A stretch of 64,000 nt of DNA from Moorellales bacterium (lineage in GTDB: Bacteria; Bacillota; DSM-521; Neomoorellales; SLTJ01), in NCBI GenBank assembly GCA_049719955.1, contig JBNARC010000003.1, positions 9,953 to 73,952 of the forward strand. Reading direction: 5' to 3'. The notes beneath the pieces are model-generated. The model saw only the letters and a program-made list of their open reading frames with translations. It searched no databases and was not told the DNA's origin. Positions 39,332 to 47,806 of the stretch are shown in pieces (positions within the stretch are counted from its first letter, which is position 1; every line of letters begins with the position of its first letter). The position numbers were made by a program, and so were the translations under genes.

Positions 39332-40528
39332 ATGGGCAAGAGGCCGGCAAGAGAACCGATATGGACCAGGGACTTCTGCTTAGTATGCTTTTCTTCTTTT
39401 TTGATCCATATTTCCATGCACATGCTCATGCCCGTGCTACCCGGTTACGTTCGGTCTTGGGGAGTAGGGGAAGGGTTGGCAGGCGCGGTGACCGGCGCAT
39501 TTGCCATTTCTGCACTTGCTACCCGTCCCGTAACGGGCCGCGAACTAGACAGGCGCGAGAGGAGGCCGGTTTACTTAACCGGACTGGCGCTGTTCGTGGT
39601 AGCCGCCTTCGCCTACCCCTGGGCATACAACCCCGGATCGGTACTCGGGACCCGGGTACTCCAGGGGTGTGGCTTCGGAATAGTATCCACCGCGGCAGGT
39701 ACCATCATAACCGACCTTCTCCCCCCCAAACGTCGAGGAGAGGGAATGGGATACTTCGGCCTCTTCAACAGCATTAGCACGGCTGTGGCGCCTGCCACCG
39801 GAATCTATCTGGCGTCTAACCTGGGTTACTACTGCCTATTTTATGCGGCCGCTGCCCTGGCGGTGGCGGCATTGTTGTTGGCCGCGGGCCTGTCACGCGG
39901 ACAGGTTGTATCTCACAGAACAGAAACCTATTCCAGGTTGGCCATCTTTGAGCCGGGGGCGGCTCCTGCCTCCCTGGTTGCCCTGTTTGTATCGGTGGCG
40001 TATAGCTCGGTTGTTACTTTCATCCAGATATATGCGAGCATGAGAGGGATTGCCAATGTTGGGGTCTTCTTTACTGTTTATGCTACTGTTATGATAGCTA
40101 TTCGATCAATATGCGGTCGCATTTACGATCTTTGGGGACCGACTCCGGTGGTAGCTCCCGGACTGGTTTTGATGGCAGGCTCCCTAACGCTGATCGCCCA
40201 TGCCTCGGGGCTAAAGGCACTCATCGTTGCTGCGGTTTTGCTTGGGCTGGGATTTGGGGCGGCTCAGCCCTCCCTGCAAGCCCTGGCAGTAGCCAAAGTT
40301 CCGCCTACGCGGCGTGGGGCGGCAAACGCCAACTTCTACTCCGCCCTCGATATAGGCCTGGGCGGCGGGTCTGTGCTCTTTGGCTTGGTGGCCGAGATGG
40401 TGGGCTACCCTTCAATGTACCAGACGGCCGCAACGGTGCCTCTGGGGGGTATAGGGGTCTACTTGCTTATGATACGTTTCTGGCGTAATACTGAGGACCC
40501 GAAAAACATGACCGTGGAGGTGAAGTAG
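39332..40528 (+). CDS. MFS transporter
   Basis: ~12 hydrophobic segments, GRELDRRERR motif A variant, RVLQGCGFG, PPKRRGEGMG. Confidence 0.88.
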   Translation: MGKRPAREPIWTRDFCLVCFSSFLIHISMHMLMPVLPGYVRSWGVGEGLAGAVTGAFAISALATRPVTGRELDRRERRPVYLTGLALFVVAAFAYPWAYNPGSVLGTRVLQGCGFGIVSTAAGTIITDLLPPKRRGEGMGYFGLFNSISTAVAPATGIYLASNLGYYCLFYAAAALAVAALLLAAGLSRGQVVSHRTETYSRLAIFEPGAAPASLVALFVSVAYSSVVTFIQIYASMRGIANVGVFFTVYATVMIAIRSICGRIYDLWGPTPVVAPGLVLMAGSLTLIAHASGLKALIVAAVLLGLGFGAAQPSLQALAVAKVPPTRRGAANANFYSALDIGLGGGSVLFGLVAEMVGYPSMYQTAATVPLGGIGVYLLMIRFWRNTEDPKNMTVEVK

Positions 40529-40529
40529 G

Positions 40530-42926
40530 GTGAACGAAAGGGTGCGGCGACTCAAGGAGAGGCTTGCGGTAGAGGAATACCCGATCTGCACTGAGAAAGT
40601 AAGGCTGGTCCTGGAATCGTTTAGGCAGACCGAGGGCGAGCCGGAGATAGTGCGAAGGGCGAAGGCCACAGCCTACTATCTCGATCATAAGACCATATTC
40701 ATTGAGGACGACGAACTTATAGTTGGGAATGTGGCGAGCAAGCCCATGGGCTTGGAGGCGGGGACGACCGGTCCCACGTGGCCGAAGGAGGACCTGGAGG
40801 AGCTCAAACAGCAGGGCATTACCATCTCCGAGGAAGACGAGGCCTTTCTGAGATCGGTGGAGGGTTACTGGAAGGGTCGTACCTTTTGGGAAAGGCAGGC
40901 GGAGTATTACGACGACGAGCGTCTGTGGCCTTTCATACAGTCGGGGGTCCTCATACCGCCGTGGAAGTCTAAAAGCGAAGGTCGGGGCCACGGATCCGCC
41001 GGCGTAGGATGGGGGCTTGGCAATGGGCTAAGCCTCATAGTGGTAGATTTCGCCAAGGTACTGTACGAGGGCCTGAACCGGATTATTGAAGACGCCGAAC
41101 GTGAACTAAGGGAACTCAGGTTTATGAGTGCGGAGGCGCTCAAGAAGGCCGACTTCCTTCGGTCGGTCATCATCGCCGATTCAGCGATCATCCGCCTAGC
41201 CCACCGATTTGCCGACCTGGCGGCGGACATGGCAACCAGGGAGCCCAGTCCCAGGCGTCGGGAAGAACTGGAGCGGATAGCCGAGGCCTGCCGCTGGGTT
41301 CCGGCCAACCCGGCACGCACTTTTTACGAAGCGATCCAGTCCTTCTGGTTCATTTGGATGATGATTGCCTCAGGCACCGCCGCCGCTGGCCGCTTCGACC
41401 AATACATGTACCCGTTCTACAAGAGGGATAAGGAAGAGGGCAGGATCACCGACGAGGAAGTCCTGGAGCTTTTGGAGTGCCTGCGCATCAAAATCATGCA
41501 GTTCAACCTGGTGGGAGGGGTGAGCGGAGGCGGCCGGGACCAACGCCGCAAATGGTCAGGGCTGGCCCGGTGGAACAATTTCGTAGTCGGTGGTGTAACG
41601 CCCGAGGGGGCGGATGCTACTAATGAATTGTCTTACCTTATCTTGGAAGCGACCAAGGATTGCCCCACTCCTCACCCCACCATAACCGTAAGGGTGCACG
41701 AGAAGACACCCGAAGACTTTATATTGAAGGCGCTGGAAGTCGTCAAGGCCGGCATAGGTATGCCGGCCTTCATCAGCGACAAGTCCTACATTGACTATCT
41801 GGTCAGCCAGGGCGTACCGCTGGAAGAGGCCCGCGACTACGCGCTGGGCGGCTGCCTGGACGTGAACCTTCCCGGCAAATCGCGAATCAACGCCTTCGGC
41901 ATGTTCAACGCGCCCAAAGTACTGGAGATTACCATAAACAATGGGGTTGATCCCCGGACCGGTCGGCAACTCGGTTTGAAAACCGGCGAGTTTGAAAGCT
42001 TTCAGACTTTCGACGAGTTCATGGAGGCGTTTAAGAGGCAGCTCGCTCATTTCATGAGCCTGTTGGCGGAGGAGCACAACATCTCCCTGGTGGTCCAGGC
42101 CCAGCTTTATCCCGACCCGGTGCACTCTTCGCTAATGGCGGACGCCATAAAGGTAGGTAAGGATGTCAACGAACGCACCATGCCGTTCGAGAACGGGTCG
42201 GTAATGAACGTGGTAGGGATGATAAATGTCGCTGATTCCCTGGCCGCAATCAAGAAATTGGTTTTTGAGGAGAGGAAGGTGGGCGCGAGCGAGCTGAAGG
42301 AGGCATTAGCGGCGAACTGGGAGGGTTACGAAGAGATCCGTAGGCAGTGCCTAGCCGCACCCAAGTACGGTAACGGTGATGAATTCGTGGACGAGATCGC
42401 CGCCGACCTGTACCAGTTTTGGGCGGAACAGGCTACTTCTTACCCCACCGCGCTTGGAGGTACTCACAAGCCTTCGGCCATCTCCATAACCGCGCACGGC
42501 CCAGGCGGCGCCATAGTCGGAGCTACTCCTGACGGGCGGTATGCTGGCGAGACCCTGGCGGACGGAAGCATGTCTCCGGCGCAGGGCCGGGACACCCGGG
42601 GGCCCACGGCGGTGCTCCGCAGCGCTATGAGGATTAAGCAAACTCTTTACCAGGCAACGCTCCTCAATATGAAGTTCCACCCCTCCGCTTTGAAGACCAC
42701 GGAAGACTTAAGAAAGCTTTCGGCGCTCATACGCACCTACTTCGCCTACGGGGGCAAGCACGTGCAGTTTAACGTGGTAGATAAGGTGACCTTGCTCGAG
42801 GCCCAGAGGCATCCGGAAAAGTATCGGGATCTGATCGTTAGGGTGGCCGGGTACAGTGCCTATTTTGTGCAGTTAGACAAGAAGATTCAGGACGAGATTA
42901 TCGCCCGCACCGAGCACGGCTTATGA
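40530..42926 (+). CDS. Glycyl radical enzyme 2 (PFL-like family, unassigned subclass)
   Basis: 798 aa; GRFDQ, Cys loop YALGGCLDV, PKYGNGD, GATPDGR, Gly loop IVRVAGYSAYF. Confidence 0.93.
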   Translation: MNERVRRLKERLAVEEYPICTEKVRLVLESFRQTEGEPEIVRRAKATAYYLDHKTIFIEDDELIVGNVASKPMGLEAGTTGPTWPKEDLEELKQQGITISEEDEAFLRSVEGYWKGRTFWERQAEYYDDERLWPFIQSGVLIPPWKSKSEGRGHGSAGVGWGLGNGLSLIVVDFAKVLYEGLNRIIEDAERELRELRFMSAEALKKADFLRSVIIADSAIIRLAHRFADLAADMATREPSPRRREELERIAEACRWVPANPARTFYEAIQSFWFIWMMIASGTAAAGRFDQYMYPFYKRDKEEGRITDEEVLELLECLRIKIMQFNLVGGVSGGGRDQRRKWSGLARWNNFVVGGVTPEGADATNELSYLILEATKDCPTPHPTITVRVHEKTPEDFILKALEVVKAGIGMPAFISDKSYIDYLVSQGVPLEEARDYALGGCLDVNLPGKSRINAFGMFNAPKVLEITINNGVDPRTGRQLGLKTGEFESFQTFDEFMEAFKRQLAHFMSLLAEEHNISLVVQAQLYPDPVHSSLMADAIKVGKDVNERTMPFENGSVMNVVGMINVADSLAAIKKLVFEERKVGASELKEALAANWEGYEEIRRQCLAAPKYGNGDEFVDEIAADLYQFWAEQATSYPTALGGTHKPSAISITAHGPGGAIVGATPDGRYAGETLADGSMSPAQGRDTRGPTAVLRSAMRIKQTLYQATLLNMKFHPSALKTTEDLRKLSALIRTYFAYGGKHVQFNVVDKVTLLEAQRHPEKYRDLIVRVAGYSAYFVQLDKKIQDEIIARTEHGL

Positions 42927-42976
42927 GGGTCGGTGAAACCACTCCCCACTCATTACTTTGGGAGGAATGAGCCATC

Positions 42977-43909
42977 ATGCCAAACGCTACCGTCGAATCC
43001 GTGCAAGGAGTAATCTTTAACATTCAGCGGTACTGCATTCATGACGGTCCGGGGATCCGCACCACGGTGTTCCTAAAGGGCTGCCCTCTGCGGTGCGTCT
43101 GGTGCCAGAACCCTGAGTCCCAAATGGTACAGCCCGAAGTTTTCTTTAACCGGGAAAAGTGCGTTGGCTGCGGCCGGTGCGCCGCCGTCTGCCCCAACGG
43201 AGCCATCGAGATCCACCAGGGGAGGGCCAGGACCGACCGGGGGCGGTGCAAAGGAACGGGCAAGTGCGCGGAAGCGTGCCCCAATGAAGCAAGAAGCCTC
43301 ATGGGACGCTATGTGTCCGCGGGCGAGGTTTTTCGCGAGGTTGCGGAGGACGAGATATTCTACGAGGGTTCCGACGGTGGAGTCACCCTGAGCGGCGGCG
43401 AGCCGCTGGCTCAGCCGGAATTTGCTGCGGCCGTCCTCAGGCTATGCAAGGAAGCCGGCATTCACACCGCGGTGGATACCTCTGGGTACGCCAGGTGGGA
43501 AACGGTCAAGGAGGTACTTGATTACGCCGACCTGGTGCTCTTTGACTTCAAACACATGGACTCTGCGGAACACCAGAGGCATACTGGCGTGCCTAACTAC
43601 CTCATTCTTGAGAACGCGAAGAGGATTTATCGAGAACTAGGCCGGCCCATGTGGGCGCGGATTCCGGTAGTGCCAGGGTACAACGACACGGAGGAGAATG
43701 TCCGGGCCACGGCCGAGTTTATAGCCCGCGAACTTGATAACCTGGTCAAGGTCCATCTTCTGCCGTACCACAAGATGGGAGAAGTGAAGTACGACCGCCT
43801 GGAAAGAAGGAACGGGGCCTTGGGGATAAAGCCGCCGAACGAAGAGAGGATGGCCGAGCTAAAGGGGATCGTAGAATCCTTCGGGCTAGAGACAGTTATT
43901 GGCGGCTAG
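42977..43909 (+). CDS. Glycyl radical enzyme activase (radical SAM) with ferredoxin-like insert
   Basis: HDGPGIRTTVFLKGCPLRCVWCQNPES (CX3CX2C), insert CVGCGRCAAVCP / CKGTGKCAEACP, GGVTLSGGEP, LLPYH. Confidence 0.95.
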   Translation: MPNATVESVQGVIFNIQRYCIHDGPGIRTTVFLKGCPLRCVWCQNPESQMVQPEVFFNREKCVGCGRCAAVCPNGAIEIHQGRARTDRGRCKGTGKCAEACPNEARSLMGRYVSAGEVFREVAEDEIFYEGSDGGVTLSGGEPLAQPEFAAAVLRLCKEAGIHTAVDTSGYARWETVKEVLDYADLVLFDFKHMDSAEHQRHTGVPNYLILENAKRIYRELGRPMWARIPVVPGYNDTEENVRATAEFIARELDNLVKVHLLPYHKMGEVKYDRLERRNGALGIKPPNEERMAELKGIVESFGLETVIGG

Positions 43910-44046
43910 CCCAAATTCTATGCTTTCAATTCAAGCTCATTTTTGGTATGGACAGGTGAACAGCCATCTAACCGGGTTACTTCGACTCGGCGTCGGCAAT
44001 ACCGGATATCATGTGCACCAAGTGCCGTTCATTGATGTAGCGCCTG

Positions 44047-44220
44047 CAGAAGGGAACGAACAACCCGGCGGCGAACTCACCCGTACAAGATTGGGCTGGA
44101 CCGCGCCGCCCGAAGGAGGTTGGGGGCCGACCCATGCTGGCGCGTGCTTACGGAGTAACTCTCTTAGGGTTAGAAGCCCACCTGGTGGAAGTGGAAGTTG
44201 ACGTCGGCCCCGGCTTGCCC
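44047..44220 (+). repeat. Right copy (attR-like) of the 174-bp direct repeat, supplying the start of intact comM
   Basis: Aligns to 17535-17708; 44167-44220 identical to 17655-17708. Confidence 0.95.
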
Positions 44221-45669
44221 GGGTTTAACCTGGTAGGGCTCCCGGACGCTTCGGTTCAGGAAGCCCGGGAAAGAGTACGGACGGCGATACGCAACTCGGG
44301 TTTTGAGTTTCCGGCCCGAAGAATTACGGTGAATCTGGCGCCGGCGGATCTGCGTAAAGAAGGCCCCGGACTGGATTTGGCCATTGCCCTGGCCTTGCTC
44401 GCGGCTACCGGTCAGGTTCCGGCCGAGCCCCTCGCTGAGTACCTCTTGGTGGGGGAATTGTCCCTGGAGGGAAACCTCCGTCCGGTCACGGGGGTACTGG
44501 TAGTGGCCGGTACGGCCAAGGAGCAGCGATGGAATCGCCCTCTAATCGTTCCCAAGCCTAATGCTGCTGAGGGAGCGCTCTTAGGAGGGGAGGTAAGAGT
44601 CCTGGGCGCCACCACCTTAGCAGAAGTGGCCGCCTTCCTGCGGGGTGAGACCGAACTACCTGCCGGTTATGCCGAAATGCCGACCGATGGTGGTGCTCCC
44701 TTCGCCGGTCCGGATTTGTCAGAGGTGTTCGGTCAGCGGCTGGCCAAGAGAGCTCTGGAAATTGCTGCCGCCGGCCACCACAACCTGCTGCTGATAGGTC
44801 CGCCGGGTACCGGCAAGACTATGCTGGCCCGCCGTCTGCCCGGCCTACTCCCCCCGATGACTCTGGAGGAAAGCCTGACGGTCAGCAAGATCTACAGCGT
44901 AGCCGGCCTATTACCCCCGGACCGGCCTTTGGTTACCACCCGCCCCTTTCGCTCACCTCACCACACTGCCTCACCGGTCAGTATAATTGGCGGAGGGCGC
45001 ACCCTTAGACCCGGCGAGATAACCCTGGCTACTCACGGCGTGCTTTTCTTGGACGAACTCCCGGAGTTTCCCCGCCAAGTACTGGAGGCCCTGCGCCAGC
45101 CTCTGGAGGAACGGCAGGTAACCATAACTCGCGCTGCGGGTAGCGTGGTCTACCCGGCGGACTTCTTGCTTGCGGCTGCGGCCAACCCGTGCCCTTGTGG
45201 CCGCCTGGGGTCGCCGGGTAAGAGCTGCCAATGCTCGGAGCGGGATCTGAGGCGCTACCGCAGCCGCCTTTCCGGCCCGCTTGTAGATCGGGTGGACCTC
45301 ATCGTCGAGGTCCCGGCAGTGGACTGGGGGGAGTTGAAACGCACCGGAGAGGGCCCCACCTCTGCCCAGGTGCGGGAACGGGTAACCGAGGCGAGGCGGC
45401 GCCAACTCCAGCGTCTCTCTCCTTACGGTCTCACCACCAATGCCCAAATGGAGTCCCGTCACCTTCGCCGTTTTTGTTCCCTTTCCCCCAAGGCGCAGGC
45501 CCTACTCCGACAGGCCTACCAGCGGCTGGGGCTTTCCCTGCGAGCCCACGATCGGCTGCTGAAGGTGGCCCGCACTATTGCTGACCTCGAGGATTCGGAG
45601 ACCATCCAGGAAGCCCATGTCGCCGAGGCCATTCAGTACCGAAGCTGGGACTGGCACCATACCCCGTAG
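44134..45669 (+). CDS. comM: YifB/ComM Mg-chelatase-like AAA+ ATPase
   Basis: VGLPDASVQEARERV, ITVNLAPADLRKEG, GPPGTGKT, RPFRSPHH, LFLDELPEF, NPCPCG, ARTIADL. Confidence 0.93.
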   Translation: MLARAYGVTLLGLEAHLVEVEVDVGPGLPGFNLVGLPDASVQEARERVRTAIRNSGFEFPARRITVNLAPADLRKEGPGLDLAIALALLAATGQVPAEPLAEYLLVGELSLEGNLRPVTGVLVVAGTAKEQRWNRPLIVPKPNAAEGALLGGEVRVLGATTLAEVAAFLRGETELPAGYAEMPTDGGAPFAGPDLSEVFGQRLAKRALEIAAAGHHNLLLIGPPGTGKTMLARRLPGLLPPMTLEESLTVSKIYSVAGLLPPDRPLVTTRPFRSPHHTASPVSIIGGGRTLRPGEITLATHGVLFLDELPEFPRQVLEALRQPLEERQVTITRAAGSVVYPADFLLAAAANPCPCGRLGSPGKSCQCSERDLRRYRSRLSGPLVDRVDLIVEVPAVDWGELKRTGEGPTSAQVRERVTEARRRQLQRLSPYGLTTNAQMESRHLRRFCSLSPKAQALLRQAYQRLGLSLRAHDRLLKVARTIADLEDSETIQEAHVAEAIQYRSWDWHHTP

Positions 45670-45674
45670 CCGGT

Positions 45675-47612
45675 TTAAGGCAAAGGCCAGAACAGCAGGC
45701 GCAAGGGAAGGTTGGCCCCGCCCGGAGGCATGAAGAAGATTTCCGCCTCGCGGCCGGGGGAAAGATGGGCCACCTTCACCGCTTCGGAAGGAGCTGCCCC
45801 CACCCCGGTACGGGGCAGGGGCACAATAGAACCGTTCACCCGCACCGCTCCCGCCACCCCGCCGCCTCGAGGATTGAGCAACACGGCCCGTTCCTCCCCA
45901 GTAGTCAGTCTAAGCGAGTACAACAGGCCGTAACCGCCGCGATTGGTCGCCATCAGACCGGTGAGAGCGTCCAAACCCTGGACCGCGCTTACGGGAAAGG
46001 TTATGGCCGTCGGACGGCCTGAAGGTAGGGCGGCTACTACTTGGTAGTCGGCGTTGGCGAAGGTACCGCGGCAGTGGACGTTATCGGGAGTTAGGACGGC
46101 CAGCCGGTAGTACTCGGATCGCAACTGGGTGTCAGGGGGCAGGGCTACCACGGCCAGGTCCATTCGGCCCACTACCTCCAGTTCGTAGATGCCGTGGACT
46201 ATTTCCCCCGGCCTGGCCGACCGATACTGGGCGAAGTTCAGCACGTATAGTTCCCCTGGCTCCAGGACGATCTCCGGCGAGGGGGCGGAGTCCCAATAGC
46301 GGAGCATGGCCTTGCGCCCCACCCCGAAGGCATCGCGGTCCGGCCCGGCAAGGCCCTCCTTTAGCACCCTAAGCCGAGCGGGTGAGACCGCCTTGTTCTC
46401 CGCCAACACTACTACCTGTAGGGGTTGGGCGGTTCCGTTAGCGTGCCAATAAAACAGTCGGACCGCACCTTCGACGGCGTCGCGATACAGGATCCCCGGA
46501 CCGGGAATGTTTTCCGGGCTGTTGCTCAAAAGCAGAGTAGTTCCACCCGTCGCCTGCTCGACCGAAAGGGAGGCCATCTCCGGCCAGCGGTTGGCCGGAA
46601 CGGTAAAGGTTTCGCCGGGTAGGGTGTAGCGAAGATTGTAGGTGAGTTCGTCCATGAGCACTCGGTTGGTGACGGTGAGGTTTATGCTATATGGCTCGCT
46701 CCATAAACCTCGGGAATCTTTCACCCGCAGGCTCACGGTGTAGGTTCCGGGAGAGAAGAAAACCTCCCGTTTGCCCCGCCACTCTCTCGCCTCCAGGGCA
46801 TCACCGTCCGGATCGTAGCTGTCGTCTATGTACTCCACCTTTTCGCCCTGGGCTACTACACTCTTTGATACCTGAAAGCGCGCTACCGGCGGGCGATTGG
46901 GCGGAGGCATTACCTCTACCGGGGCCTGGGCGGGTAGACTCCACCGTCCCTTTTCATCTTTAACCTGCAAGGTGATGGTATACTGGCCGGGAGCGGTCCA
47001 CGGGGGCAAGTTCTCCCAACGCTCCTCCACCAGCGATAACCCTTCCGGACTAAAGCTGGCGCTACGATATTGGAGCTTTTCCCCCAGATAGAGGCGGGTC
47101 TTGTCCAGCATAATTACCGCTACCGGCAGTTGCTCCCGGGGATACACCAGAATTTGTTTAGTTTCCGGCCGGTAGACCACCTCGCCGGCCAGGTTCTGGG
47201 CCACAAGGCGCAAGGGAACCAGTACCGTGCCCCCATCTACTATAGGCGCCGCTGCTAGCCTTTCTTCCCGGTCACCCACCCGTACCACCGGATTGCCCAC
47301 CTGTAATCGGATCGCGGGAGTGGCCGCGATGGTAACCGTTCGGCTACCCGGATCCCAATTCACGGCAACGCCTAAGGCCTCGGCCAGAAAGCGCAAGGGT
47401 ACCAAAGTGGTGCCTTCCACTACCCGAGGCGCAACGGCCAGTTCCACCTCCCGTTCCCGAACCCAAGCCAAACGGCTCCCGAGTTGAAGCCTCACTAATT
47501 CCTTCCTGGGCGCCTGGTCGACGTCAGCCAGGGCAGGAAAGGGAAGGGTAACACCCGTAATGAGTGCCACGGCGGCCACTACTCGACGGAGGACGCCAAA
47601 CCCCAAGTTCAT
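45675..47612 (-). CDS. Secreted protein with copper amine oxidase N-terminal (stalk) domain and PKD-like repeats
   Basis: Signal peptide, repeated TLVPLRF / VLVPLRL motifs, PGQYTITLQVKD and PGTYTVSLRVKD PKD-like motifs; start 47612 or 47630. Confidence 0.8.
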   Translation of the reverse strand: MNLGFGVLRRVVAAVALITGVTLPFPALADVDQAPRKELVRLQLGSRLAWVREREVELAVAPRVVEGTTLVPLRFLAEALGVAVNWDPGSRTVTIAATPAIRLQVGNPVVRVGDREERLAAAPIVDGGTVLVPLRLVAQNLAGEVVYRPETKQILVYPREQLPVAVIMLDKTRLYLGEKLQYRSASFSPEGLSLVEERWENLPPWTAPGQYTITLQVKDEKGRWSLPAQAPVEVMPPPNRPPVARFQVSKSVVAQGEKVEYIDDSYDPDGDALEAREWRGKREVFFSPGTYTVSLRVKDSRGLWSEPYSINLTVTNRVLMDELTYNLRYTLPGETFTVPANRWPEMASLSVEQATGGTTLLLSNSPENIPGPGILYRDAVEGAVRLFYWHANGTAQPLQVVVLAENKAVSPARLRVLKEGLAGPDRDAFGVGRKAMLRYWDSAPSPEIVLEPGELYVLNFAQYRSARPGEIVHGIYELEVVGRMDLAVVALPPDTQLRSEYYRLAVLTPDNVHCRGTFANADYQVVAALPSGRPTAITFPVSAVQGLDALTGLMATNRGGYGLLYSLRLTTGEERAVLLNPRGGGVAGAVRVNGSIVPLPRTGVGAAPSEAVKVAHLSPGREAEIFFMPPGGANLPLRLLFWPLP

Positions 47613-47774
47613 TCTCCTTGCCACCTCCACCGCTCTCCATTTCTACATCCGTCCGTGTATATAGACGCGGTGGTTTGGCGACCGGTTCCAACGCCTTTTA
47701 TTCCCCCGTCATCGCCGGTCTCTGGAAGAAAAGGGCGCAGAAACTCTGCCGGATCGCATGGGCCCCGACGGATT

Positions 47775-47783
47775 TGGTATAAT
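47775..47783 (+). promoter_or_regulatory. Extended -10 element (TGgTATAAT)
   Basis: Perfect TGnTATAAT 23 bp upstream of the ATG at 47807. Confidence 0.55.
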
Positions 47784-47806
47784 TTGAAGTAAGTGGGGGG
47801 CCAACC

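Larger units (their letters stand above)
17709..44046. mobile_element. ~26.5 kb genomic island integrated in the comM 5' end; no integrase recognisable
   Basis: Flanking 174-bp direct repeats, split target gene, accessory catabolic cargo interrupting the yraN-comM-dprA backbone; looks more AT-rich than the flanks by eye. Confidence 0.85.

Noticed and set aside
30967-42926. Calling the GREs pyruvate formate-lyase, CutC, glycerol dehydratase or benzylsuccinate synthase
   Set aside because: Their Cys loops lack the CC, GCVE and LCMSP signatures, and no small subunits or microcompartment genes are present.
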